Assembly: GCA_965113315.1 (NCBI GenBank)
Contig: OZ220367.1
Length of the DNA stretch: 64,000 bases
Reading direction: 5' to 3' (one strand)
Origin: Podarcis vaucheri
Lineage: Eukaryota
The notes below the pieces were generated by a model. It ran no database searches, was not told the origin of the DNA, and saw only the letters and a list, made by a program, of their open reading frames with translations. The translations under genes and the position numbers were made by a program. Of the stretch, positions 1 to 13,000 are shown piece after piece; position 1 is the stretch's first letter, and each line of letters begins with the position of its first letter.

Positions 1-198
1 AACACTCAGCCCTCCAGATGATGTTGGAGTCCATAGTAACCAATGGTCAGAAAGGGTGGGAGTTGTAGTCCTTGGAGGGCCAATGATTCCCCACCCCTGC
101 TCCGTGGCCTCACTTGTGCCAACTACTGGATTGTAAGCTATATTATACAGCTACACTACATTGCTAACCCGTATTGGTGAAAGCAATACTTGCTCAAA

Positions 199-328
199 CA
201 GTGGTGCGGAGCCTGTGGTGCTCCAGAAGTTGCTGGACTACAACTCACATCAGCACCAGCCAATGATAAGGGATGATGGGACTTGTAGTCCAGCAACATC
301 TGGAGGACCACAGATTCTCCACTTATGC
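199..328. mobile_element. Old palindromic hAT-type MITE
   Basis: ggactacaactc..ttgtagtcc internal inverted repeat, similar to the 9703/45161 family. Confidence 0.55.
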
Positions 329-400
329 ACTAAATAAAACACTGATTTCCCTTATTGTGTAAAGGCAAAACATTGGTCTAAGGGGAATGAAACTGGATTG

Positions 401-409
401 TTATTATTA

Positions 410-460
<51 letters not shown>

Positions 461-471
461 AATAATAATAA
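401..471. repeat. (TTA)n/(TAA)n microsatellite
   Basis: Direct reading. Confidence 0.95.
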
Positions 472-921
472 TTAAATAAAGTCTAAGCAATGGGAAATAT
501 TTTAAAATGAAGCCATGTGCAGACAATCTAATCCAGGTACCACGCAAGACAGGCAGTGTATTTTTAATGACAGAAAGAATAGCCTCACTGAGGAAGAACA
601 GCCGCAGAGGTCCATGCAGATGTTCTAAAAGATCCAATTTAGTCTTTTTCTCTCTAGTTAGGTACATGGCCTTTATCACCATAGTATCTGAAACCTGGTC
701 AGCACGCCTCTTGATAACCCTTTGGGTTTAAAGGTTTTCTACCTGCAGAAGTACAGGGAGTTCAAAAAAATCTTAGAAGTACACCTCAAAACTATGTAAA
801 GCAATGACAAATTTCCGTGGCTGGATCCTATTGCTTTTTCAGTGGTGGTGCCTGTCCCCAAGAATTACCCGTTTTAATGATAAAGAATCTGTGTGGAGAG
901 AAGGTAAAGTAGGAGACTCAC

Positions 922-1020
922 ATCACTCTGCAGTTCCTGGCTTTTCTTCGCATGTTTGATCTGGGAACTGTCTGCCACACTTGTGAACTTTAGAGCATCA
1001 GCCTTCTGTCTGTACTTTTT
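922..1020 (-). CDS. NRAP: NRAP exon 21 ([33 protein letters not shown])
   Basis: 99 nt, acceptor ttag, donor gtgagt. Confidence 0.93.
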
Positions 1021-4000
1021 CTAATTGAAATGCATTTTTTAAAAAAGATGGCATAGATAACATTACCACATTTCTCAAAGGTAAAAAAAAAAAATTGACA
1101 AGTTATGCCTTCCACTTACTCCCAGCACTAGCAACAACAACACAATCTTTTCATGTTAAAACCAACTCAGAAATAGGGGCAAGGTTACTCAGATAACACA
1201 GTGGTGGAGTACATAAAGTGGAATAACCATTCTGTTTCCCAACTTTTACGCTATCATTTTACACTGATTAATTATCCCCCCCCCATGGATCATTTTACCT
1301 ATTTGGTTTCAACATGAACCAGGTTCTTTTTTGTCCCCCCCCCTCCCCAATGCCTGCTTCACAAGTTGCTTTCAACTAGAGCCAAGCTTAACTATGGTTT
1401 ATAGTTCAACAAACAGCACAATGGTACACATGGCAAAAATCATCGCTGCTTTGCTCCTCGTGTGCTCCTGCTGCACTGCTGGGAGCTAAGCCATGAAAAA
1501 TGCAGCCCTGAAAAGTTCACAATCTGCATTGCTCTTCAACATCTGTGGCAAATGCTCAACATAACAGAAACCATGTTATTTCTGAATGAGGCCCGAATTT
1601 GTTGCTGTCAAAAACACCGTTAGATGAAGAAAACGACAGCCTTTTCACAGTAATGTCTGTTGATAAAGAAGAGGCACATTCTTTTGCATACTTCATGTGA
1701 TTCTCTTGTACTAACAATTCATCAATCAAACACACAACCAACTCCAGGGTATGCGTTACATGCATGCCTCAACTTGGCATTTCTGCAGGGAAAGACCCTG
1801 TCTCAGAGCAAACACACCCACTCTTGCCCTGTGATGTTCCCAGCTGAAAATAAGACTGAGATTGATTTATTTTCATTAAAGTGCATAAAGATTTCAAAGA
1901 GATGCTCATTATTCCACATTCAAGATGCGGGAGAGAGTGAGGCATATTAGGAACGAGTTGTTTTCAAAAATTATGTTCAGCTCTATATGATGTCATACAA
2001 AGAATAACAAAATGCCAAGTCCTTGGCTGGAAATAGAAGCATCCAAGGTATGTGTTAGTTTTCAACTGATATACCTTTTATACAGTTCAGAAATGAAGAA
2101 TTGTGTCACCTGATCATGGCTGGGTTCAACATTTTTGACAATAAGTATTTATGTGGAAAACCCCAGCAGTAGATGTCAGTTTGCTTCCTTGCAAGATATT
2201 AGATCTGAGCACAGCTGTTTCTTCCTGCCTCTACTTCAGAATACCTGCATAGCCTGATGTCAAGGATCTACAGTATCAGAGTGTAATCACTGGCAACTTT
2301 AAATAAGCCAAACTAGCTCCTATTCCTTCCTTTCACTCTTAAAGGTAAAGGTAAAGGTACCCCTGCCCGAACGGGCCAGTCTTGACAGACTCTGGGGTTT
2401 GTGCGCCCATCTCACATCTAGAGGCCGGGGGCCAGCGCTGTCCGCAGACACTTCCGGGTCACGTGGCCAGCGTGACAACGCTGCTCTGGCGAGCCAGAGC
2501 CGCACACGGAACGCCGTTTACCTTCCCGCTGGTAAGCAGTACCTATTTATCTACTTGCCCCCGGGGGTGCTTTCGAACTGCTAGGTGGGCAGGCGCTGGG
2601 ACCGAGCAGCGGGAGCGCACCCTGCCGCGGGGATTCGAACCGCCGACCTTTCGATCGGCAAGCCCTAGGCGCTGAGGCTTTAGCCCACAGCGCCACCCGC
2701 GTCCCACCAAAAGGGAGAATTTTATGCGGCACATTGCACTCCCATGTAGGCACCCATCCAGCTACAGACCGGGGCTGTTTCTGCTTAGCAAATGGACGAC
2801 TACATGCGCACTGCAATGAAGCCACAGTGTATTACGCCCTTTCACTCTTACATATCTTCTAATTTTCTTTCTTTTAATTTCTGTTTTTCTTTGATAAATT
2901 AGCAGAACTTGTGACCGAAGAAGCCAAACTCAACCCAACAGGCATGTATGACAGTTCTCCAGGGACTTGATAAACCATCCAATTATAATACAGTGCCATC
3001 ATTTCAAAATATTTCAGTCTGCTTCCATCTTCCAGGAAGGTCCTGCCAGACTTTATTATACTTAACAGGAAAATCAAGAGACATACCTCACTAATAAGTT
3101 CTCCTGCTTTCTTTGCTTGCTCAATATTGAGACTCCCGTCTGCTATCCACCCAACTCCCTTCATCCATGTAAGGTCTGTCTTGTACTGAAGCTGAAGACA
3201 AAAGAAAGCTCATTATTTCACAGACTGATTAGTTAGGCAGGCAGCAGGGCTAACAACTTGAATAAAATATTAGGGGGGACAGGTAAGCCCCGTCCCATAT
3301 AATCGACCACAAGACGCAATGAATGCACTCCATTTGAATGGCAATACCCATCTACTTTGGGGATCCCAGCCCCCTCAAATATATTATTGGGGGGAGGGGC
3401 AAATGGACCTTGACCACCAGGAGTTGGCTCCTATGGCAGGTAGGTAGATTTAGTTGTATCACAAAAAGACATGAATTTGCCAGCCATGGGTGACAAGTCT
3501 TTAACTTATAACCTTTGGTATTACCCACAAATTCTATTTCACACAAATACTGATAGCAACCTTTAGTGTTCTGCTTAAAGCTATCTTCCTGCAAAGTCTT
3601 TACACTGAACGTTAACATCTTCTATTGGACAAAATTTAAATTGGATTGAATTTGACACTTGAGTTATCTGCATTCCCATATGAGACCCATGGATTGGTTT
3701 AATATAATATCTGGCTTGTCATGACAAAGAGTTGAGCTACTCGGAAACAATAGTAGCGAACAAGTTGCCCTTCAGATGTTCTTGGACTACAATTTCCTTC
3801 ATCCCTGCCCTGGGGCTAACAGCAACATCTGGAAGGCACCACATTGGCTACCCTTGCAGTCAATAAATTCTGGTAACACCACTGTCATCATCAGCTTTCG
3901 ACCTTTGCTCTTACCTCACTCTGTAGTCCATAGGCTTTTTTGGCCCACTGTGTCTTTAGGTCTTCTGGAACCACTGTATATTCATGAAATTTCTTCCTAT

Positions 4001-7000
4001 AGTCAAGGTCACTAGCCAGAGTCTGGGCCCTCTTGGCATGTTCCAAGTTTATCATGTCCATTGGTAAGTGGAAATGAGCTTTATTCTTCTCAGATTCTTT
4101 TTTATATGCAATCTAGTGAATATCAAAAAATTGCATTCAACATTTTACAAAAAGAGTATAGGTGAAAACAGCAGGAGAATAATAGCAACCATCTCTACTG
4201 TATATTCAACAGTCTTATTTAGAATATAATTGCTGTATACAGATTCGTGCTTCCCTGATTGAGGCTTGAAAAGACTGAAGTTCTGATCCAACCTTTATGC
4301 CCTGGTTGTGAATGCTTCTTTCAGATACCTGTAGCGGCTCACTGTTTCTCAGCATCACTTAACATACATTTATCATTCATTATCATTATGTATATAGCAT
4401 GTAAAATGTTTTATGCTTTATCTCCACACACAAAAATGTGTCGGTGTTCACTTTACATTAAAGTTAACAACATCATGATCTTATGTATATAATCTCAGAT
4501 GCAAATCCCACTGATTTCAATGGGGTTTACAGTAAAGTGCATAGGCACAGAATTGCAAGCCTTGTTTATTTTTAACAAAGATTTCAATGCAGTATTTCTT
4601 GGAACTAGGGCCTGGTGCAGGGACATGGGTGGCGCTGTGGGTTAAACCACAGAGCCTAGGACTTGCCAATCAGAAGGTCAGCGGTTCGAATCCCCGCGAC
4701 GGGGTGAGCTCCCGCGGCTCGGTCCCTGCTCCTGCCAACCTAGCAGTTCGAAAGCACATCAAAGTGCAAGTAGATAAATAGGTACCGCTCCAGCGGGAAG
4801 GTAAACAGCATTTCCGTGCGCTGCTCTGGTTCACCAGAAGCGGCTTAGTCATGCTGGCCACATGACCCGGAAGCTGTACACCGGCTCCCTCAGCCAATAA
4901 AGTGAGATGAGCGCCGCAACCCCAGAGGCGGTCATGACTGAACCTAATGGTCAGGGGTCCCTTTACCTTTACCTTTACCTAGGGCCTGGTGCAGAACCAA
5001 CATTATCAATTTTCTGAACATGCACAAGAGATTAGGAGTGCAAAGTGACCGCATGCACTTTCTCCCTCTCCACTCATCTGTGTGAATCTATTCACAACTG
5101 TTAACCACGGTGCAACATTACATCTCTGTTGGTGCTAACCATGGTTAGTTTTGCAAACCCTGATTAAGGTGAACCATTTTTAAGAGTATGTTTATTATTT
5201 TCTGTTACAACAATAAACTGTAAACGCTTTGAAGCATTGAAGGACTCATTTTTCTTTTTGAGTTCTTTATTGGCAATAACCATGGCAAGCGATGGTCCAG
5301 ATGGTCAGGAAAAGAAGGGGGGAAACTAGAGGGGCCTGGAAAGGGAGAGTTTTTAATGAGTCTGTGACATGCTTCTGCTCGCATAACTATGAGTTTTGTG
5401 CAACCACCCTCTTACCAGATCCAACAGGAAGAGGTTGTTTTTTTTACTATGTGCAGTGAAGGATATATAAATCCCAAGGTAATAATGAGAGTAGGAGTTT
5501 CATCATTAAAAACAAAATTTAAAATAGTAATGGGAAGCCATTTACCTCACTGCTCATTTTGGCTACTTGTAAAGAGTGAATAAGTCTTGAATCTTTGGTT
5601 GCCATTGCTTTTCCTTTCGTTTTCTCATATTCTTCTTTGTATTTAATCTGTGGAGAAAATAGGCAACATTTACTGAAAAGACAGATAAATGCCAGCCAAA
5701 CTGTATCTTTCTTTTAAAAGTACTCTTTAAAGAAGAACCTGTTCCCCTTAAATTTTCTGCTGACAAAAATGGAAAGCCAACTGCTCAAATCTCATCCAGT
5801 TTGTCTGCCAAGTAATACACTTTCTGCTGCATTTTAAACTATAGCAAAAAAGGGGGGGGCTCAAAAGGAACAACTAAACTAATGTGGGAAGAAATTGAGA
5901 GATTACGTTGGGAAATGTTATATTCTTCAAATAACTGCAAAGGAAGATAAGTTAATCTTGTATAAATATATAGGTAGTAACAATGTCTAGAAAATATAGT
6001 CTTAAAAGTAAATATAAGTGAAATAAATAAAGCAGACTACAGTGGTACCTTGGTTGTCAAACTTAATCCGTTCTGGGAGGTCCGTTCGACTCCCGGAACT
6101 GTTCGAAAACTAAGCCACGACTTTTGATTGCACTCAATCGGAAGCTGTGTTGGACGTTTGGCTTCCAAAAAACGTTCGCAAACCAGAACACTCTTTTCCG
6201 GATTTGAAGCGTTCAGGAGCCAAAACGTCCAAGTACCAAGGTGTTCGACAACCAAGGTACGACTGTACAGAATGACACTGTTTGAAAATATTGTAAAATG
6301 GAGGAAAAGAAAATGGGTGACTTACATATGTGGCCCTCCTCAAGGACAACACATTTCTTCTCATGCAACAGGACTTTCCCTTCCTCTTCTCCTCCTTGCA
6401 GCCACCTGTGTACTCCAAATCTGCTCAGCAGGTGTGAACAGCTATCCATAGCAGACTAGGGAGGCAAGGCTGAGATGAGGAAGGGGAAATTCCACTGGGT
6501 GATTGAAAGTCTGCTCTTGCAACAATGGATGCCATCCATTCTTTTGGCCCTTGAGGATGAAAGCATCACTGGCCCATTAAGATATTTCAAGCAGCAGGTC
6601 AAATTTTCCAATCTGGAAATATATTCACTTTATAATTATTTATTTTAGGTTTTAGGCAATTTAAAGAGCCACTTTCAAACACGAAGGTAAGTCAGATGAC
6701 GAGAATGTTATTACATTTCTCCATTAGTTTATCAGAGTTTGTGACAGATTATTTTTTAAGGAAATTTCCATCTTAAAGCCCCAACTCGACATGTTTTCAT
6801 TTCTCTATATTATTTTAGACGTCTCTTAGTAATATGCCCCAGATAAATACGTATAACCTACATCACTGGCAAGATCCCCTGAAGCTTTGGCAGCGAGCAA
6901 AGACATGGAATCCAAATTCATTTCAAAGCCGTGGCCCCTGCTTTTCTGCCAGCCTTCTTTATACTTAATCTGAGGGAAGGAAATATAGTAGTAAGTCATT

Positions 7001-10000
7001 AATGTGAATAAAGATAGGCAAAAAAACTAGCAGGCAATTCGCTCAACAAACTATAAAATCAGCTAGCGTAGCATGTGACTTATGTTTCTAATGAAAATCA
7101 CATCTTTGGGTATATTATGCAAATGTATATTTGTAGGTTCCCTTACCTCACTGTATAATTCCGCATTGGCTTTGGCCTTGACTAACTGTGGGACATCCTG
7201 TGGCAAAGTATATTGTGTTTTGGTTTTCTCATACTGGGCTCGGTAGTTCAGCTGCCAAACAATCGAAAGCATATTCAACATGTCAAATACAATGATATTT
7301 AACGGCAAGAGGAGTGTTAATTGTTAAAAGCTATTCTTAAAAAGTCGTTAGGAAATAAAATCTGAAATTATATGAAGAGTGACTATGACTACTCCCTAGC
7401 TTCCTCCCCCCCCCCAAGAAATGTCTGAATAATAATAATAATAAATAAATCTGCCTAAATGTGAGGCTGCAATACTTCTCAAGGGGGCTCTGAAACTGAC
7501 TCTCCAGAATGCCTTTTACTTGCAAAATGTTATCCACGGGACAACTGCAAGATACCTTCTTATTTATGTAATACTTCTCATGCGTTGGGGTACAATGGAA
7601 ATAGGACTTACATCACTAAGCTGCTGAGCATTGATTTTCGCTTGAACAATCTGAGGTGTGCTGGTAACAGAGCTGTATTTCAGCTTGTCTATACTTTGCT
7701 TATAGTTTACCTAAATAAAAAAATGGAGAAACACATTATGACTACCACAAAAGGTTTAGTAAAGCAATTCTCAAGGTAGCTTTTACTACAAATGGCAAAT
7801 ATATCGTTATCTAGAATATTCACAGCAGCTAACCAAAAGCAGAAATCTTGTGGGGTTTTGGTTTTTTTAACTACAGTGCAATTTCATTGGTGTGGTATTT
7901 ATATAAAATTAACAGCTTTCTTTCTGTCTCTTGCTCACTTTTATTTGCCAGCATTTTTAATTGGTTAGCCTTATCAATTGTGTTAAATTGTGGTTTTAAA
8001 TATTTAAAAATATAAAGGGAAATCATTAAATAGAAGAAGCCATATATGCAGAGTGTCGTGAAAAATCTTAATAAGGCAAAAACGTTATTTCAAAGTGAGC
8101 GACTGATAAGGTCAGAGCCCACTAACTTGCTAATATATGAAGGCAGCAGTAACAATACGAACCCATACAAAGCAGTATATTAAATCCACATTATGCAAGA
8201 TAAAATGTCATGGTGAGGTTTCCCTTTAAGCCTATTCTTCCCAAAGACCTCCATGTTACACTACAGGATACAATTATTATTCTCGGCAGGCTTTAATTAA
8301 TATTTGCCCTAGTTAATTACCTTCTCACTAAAATGCAAATTGTATGCTACTTTAAAGTAGTTGATTTAGTGAGAGTTTTTTCCCCCACCTTCTCTTTTTT
8401 TAAAAAAAAAGGGGGGGGATGTGGCATCCAAATTTTATTTGATGCTATGGAGTCCATTCTTACATATTTTCCATTAAAAAATGTATAACTTATCTAATAT
8501 GATCAGCATAACTGAAACAATGAATTCACTGTTTCTGTTTTGATGTCCAGTTCTCACATCAGCAGATGATCTGCAGTGTTCAATGCAATTTTCTATTGAT
8601 ATTCCACGTTTTGTTTTGTTTTGTTTTAAATGGATGAAACAATGAAATTTGGGCTGGCTGTACATGGTGGAAAGAAGGGCAGGACTCTCTAGTAATAAAC
8701 CGTTGTTTTCGTTTTGTGGAAAAGGAACTGTGGCTATGAAAACCACTTGTGTAGAACAGGACATTTCAACAGATGCCACTTTATAGATCCTCAAGTGTCA
8801 CGCTGCACCTCTGAAATCTTCTCCTCTACAGAATTCTAGTTTATAAAGGAAATCTCTACAGCTTTCTGCATGGCCATCCTGCAGTCTGGCACTTTGTCAC
8901 TCAAACTGCCATATACCAGGGCTTGGCTGAACTTGAGGTGCAGGGGCTGTTACTTGAAAGCTATACACGTAACATTTTTCTTTACTTATCTAATACATCG
9001 CCACTCTTGCGTGGACTGCTCTGCTAGCAGAGCAAAGCACATGATTGAGCTGTTGACTCCATAAAATCTCCTCTTAACTTACCTTTGAATTCTTAGTGTA
9101 ATTTAGAATGTGTAGAGGGTATTTTTTAACCTTCTAAATAAATTTGGAGTTATGTGAAATGCTAAGTGGTAGAACATGCAAAAGGTTCAATCCCTGGCAT
9201 TCCCAGTGCTGAGCTAAATGGACCAAGGTTTGAAATGGCATGCAGCTTATTTGGCACAATGGTTTCCTAAGCTTCAGTGCCCAGATATAATAAAAGTAAT
9301 GGCTGTTCTCCAGTTTACATCTGTGATGTAGCTATAGCCTTAGTATTGATCCTGTTCCCAGTGGAATAAAGTAAACATCGGAAATATGTAGCATCAGTGG
9401 TCTACAGATAATTAATAAGGTTAAAAAGGCAAAACCTGCAAAGCCTGTTTTCTCCTATGTGAAATTCATCCTCACACAACATATGAGGATCCCTTAGGCA
9501 TTTGCAGACATGTTTTTCAACCGAGCCTTAGTGCATGCCATCAGATACTCTTTCTAGTCAGGTGTAACATAAAAAGATAGGAAGTGACCAGAAAGAGGGA
9601 AATAAGGCTATAACCAATCCCTTGTTTTGCTCTTTGAAGTGAGAGTTAAAATGACTCTTTTCCTATCGTCAGGGAATCCTGGGACCTGTGGTTCAGTAAG
9701 GGCAGGCTTCCTCAAACTCAGCCCTCCAGATATCTTGAGACTACAATTCCCATCATCCCTCACCACTGGTCCTGCTAGCTAGGGATCATGGGAGTTGTAA
9801 ACCAAAAACATCCAGAGGGCCGAGGTTGAGGAAGCTTGAGTAAGGGGGTGTAAGGAATTTCACCCAAATATATTTCTCATGGCATGCTTTAAAGGCACAA
9901 GATGCAAAATCTAAGCAAATCTGATTCTGGATGGGAAACTGTCTGAAAACTTATTCAGAAGTAAGTCATTCTGAATTCAAAGGGACTTACTCTCAGATGG

Positions 10001-13000
10001 GTGGGGTGAAGACTGCAGTCCAAGTCCTTTTTTGGGAGAGGTTGTTAAATTAGTATAAAAGCAATATACATTTTGTAGTGCAGAACTACCACCATGGGAA
10101 ACAGTAGTTCAATAGACCCGCAAGCTATGCAGGGGTTATGTTCTGGAGATTGCTCATAAAGCCAAAATTGCACATAGTCAAAACCCATTGGGTTCAATGG
10201 CGGGTAGGATTGCAAAAGTCATTTTTCCTGAAACCCTGCCCCCTTTCCACCCCTTTTTAAATTTATTAATTTTTTGTCACATATGTAAAGCTGAATGCAC
10301 GTAAGTTAAAGGTAAAGGTAAAGGTACCCCTGCCCGAACGGGCCAGTCTTGACAGACTGTGGGGTTTGTGCGCCCATCTCACATTTATTAGCCGGGGGCC
10401 AGCGCTGTCCGAGGACACTTCCGGGTCACGTGGCCAGCGTGACATCGCTGCTCTGGCGAGCCAGAGCCGCACACGGAACGCCGTTTACCTTCCCGCTGGT
10501 AAGCGGTACCTATTTATCTACTTGCACCCGGGGGTGCTTTCGAACTGCTAGGTGGGCAGGCGCTGGGACCGAACAGCGGGAGCGCACCCCGCCACGGGGA
10601 TTCGAACCGCCGACCTTTCGATCGGCAAGCCCTAGGCGTTGAGGCTTTAGCCCGCAGCGCCACCCGCGTCCCGTCGCACGTAAGTTAAATGGATGCAAAT
10701 TGTGGGATTACTGTAATCACTTTGGGATTACAACAAAAAAGGATTGACACTAGGACAGCTAAATGCAGGAGGTTAGATATCTCATTTCCAGTGCCCTGAG
10801 AATTTATGAGTCTACCAACTGGAAAACAACTTTTATCTCTTTCTTTCAGGGTGCTGTTATCATCAGCTATATTTGTCACTGTAATTAAATTACTGCCTTA
10901 TACAGACCGCAAATCATACTCCATCCCATGCAAGCAGAAGGGTGAGAATTCAGAAGGCTATTTACATCTTTCAAAGGGATCAGCTTCCTTGTTGTCTGGT
11001 ATGAAGGAGTGAGGGTGGCTGGGTAATTGTAGTCAACATCATCGTGTGTGTAATCAGATTTATAGGCTATCTGGAAGAAGGAGAACAAAAAGAATCAACC
11101 TTTTTTAAAGCTGTCATTTGTTCTGAATAATTATCAGACAAGAGAAAAGGGGGGGAAACCCAGTAATATTAATATTAAACACAAGCAACAAAGTAAATTC
11201 AGTGGCGTCAATGCCAAAGAAAATGAAATTATTTGCATAGTTTAACTGCTAATTGATTCTTTTTCAGCTGCACAATTAATCCAGTGCCAACCGCAGAAAC
11301 ATTACCTTAACTTCCACCTGTGACACATTGCTTTTATCTTCATGCTTACTTTCTGTGCTTCTCACAGAGCTTCAAATAACGCATTTCAAGACATGGTACA
11401 CAATGTCTCAACGCAGGCACCCATCATTCAGTACAGGAACTCCCTTCCCCTTAAGATACAGTTGGCACAGAACCTTACAAGCTTTTGATGCCAACTATTT
11501 ATTCATCTAGGATTTTAGTTGAACCTATGTCACTGCATGCTGTGATGGTTATTTTACTGTGTGCATACTTCCACCTATTTACAGATGGTGTGATTTTATT
11601 GTGTTTTATTGTTTATTGGACCCTACTTTGGGATTATTTTATAATGAAAAGTGTGCAGCAAATTTTATAAATAAAAGTAATAAATAATGAAATGGCACCT
11701 CAGTGAAACCAATAATAAATAAACCAAGACAAATGGCATGGGCACTGGAAGATGTTGTGTGACCTTAACAACCAATAGCAAAAAAATGCCCAGTCTGCTG
11801 CAGAACAATACACAAGCCTCTTAAGGCCCAATCCCATAGCTCACTGTTATAGCAATTAGTAAAAGGTAAAGGGACCCCTGACCATTAGATCCAGTCGTGA
11901 CCGACTCTGGGGTTGCAGCGCTCATCTCTCTTTATTGGCCGAGGGAGCCGGCGTACAGCTTCTGGGTCATGTGGCCAGCATGACTAAGCTGCTTCTGGCA
12001 AACCAGAACAGCGCACAGAAATGTCGTTTACCTTCCCGCCAGAGCAGTACCTATTTATCTACTTGTACTTTAACGTGCTTTTGAACTGCTAGGTTGGCAG
12101 GAGCAGGGACCGAGCAACGGGTGCTCACCCCATTGCGGGGATTCTAACCACTGACCTTCTGATCGGCAAGTCCTAGGCTCTGTGGTTTAACCCACAGCAC
12201 CACCCGCGTCCCCGTTACAGCAATTAATCTGCATTAATTGTGTGTGTTTGTGTGTGTGTAAGTTTGTTTAGTTAAATCCTATGGAGAGTTGTGCTACCTG
12301 CTGTGTAAGTAAAAAGCTACAAACTGTAATATTACACTAGTGATCCAGCAACACAATGCAGGCATGCTGTCCAATTCATGCAAAGTTCACTGGTAGCATA
12401 TAGATACTTCAATATTATTTACAAACACAGTTTTTTTCCCCATTTTCATATTTCCTGCTAATACTTTCACCTCCCCAGAAGTAATCAAACCTATGGCTGT
12501 CCTTCATTTGACCCTACTAAGATGAGAAGCCGTATCAAAATAGTATATTGCCGAAGCATTTACAACAACTTACGTTGCTTGCCAGACTTCCAACCTTCAT
12601 GGCATGTGCTGTGCGTCTGTCTATGCCAACTCCTTCATAATGGCCTTTCTGGTTCTGGTAATGCTCTTTGTACTTGAGCTGCGTACAAAAACAAGCCTCC
12701 TCTCAGACCCAGAAGTTCCCTTCTTTTATATTGCAAAGAAAATGAGCAAGGCATAGGGCAGGATTCACCTCATGAACCCTCTCAATGGAAGTCCTACACA
12801 AGGACCTCTGCTCAGGAGCAATGAAAGTGCAGACAGTGGCCCCAAGGCTGGTAGAATTTCAATAAATTAAATGGGCCACAACTTTGTTGATTACAGAGGG
12901 CAACAGGTTTGGCGCAAACATTGTATTTGTATCCTGAATCAACCAACCCATCTGCTGGTTGATTATTTTTTGGCAGGGTTATCCAAGGTTACGGATTGCC

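Noticed and set aside
407-682. ORF ending in poly-Asn
   Set aside because: Translation of the (TTA)n microsatellite.
2320-2825. Recurrent ORFs (MRLWLARAA.., MTDSGVCAP..) here and at 10.3 and 41.8 kb
   Set aside because: Chance frames in GC-rich SINE copies.
4620-4700. tRNA-like sequence with GGTTCGAATCCC
   Set aside because: SINE head with A/B boxes, not a tRNA gene.
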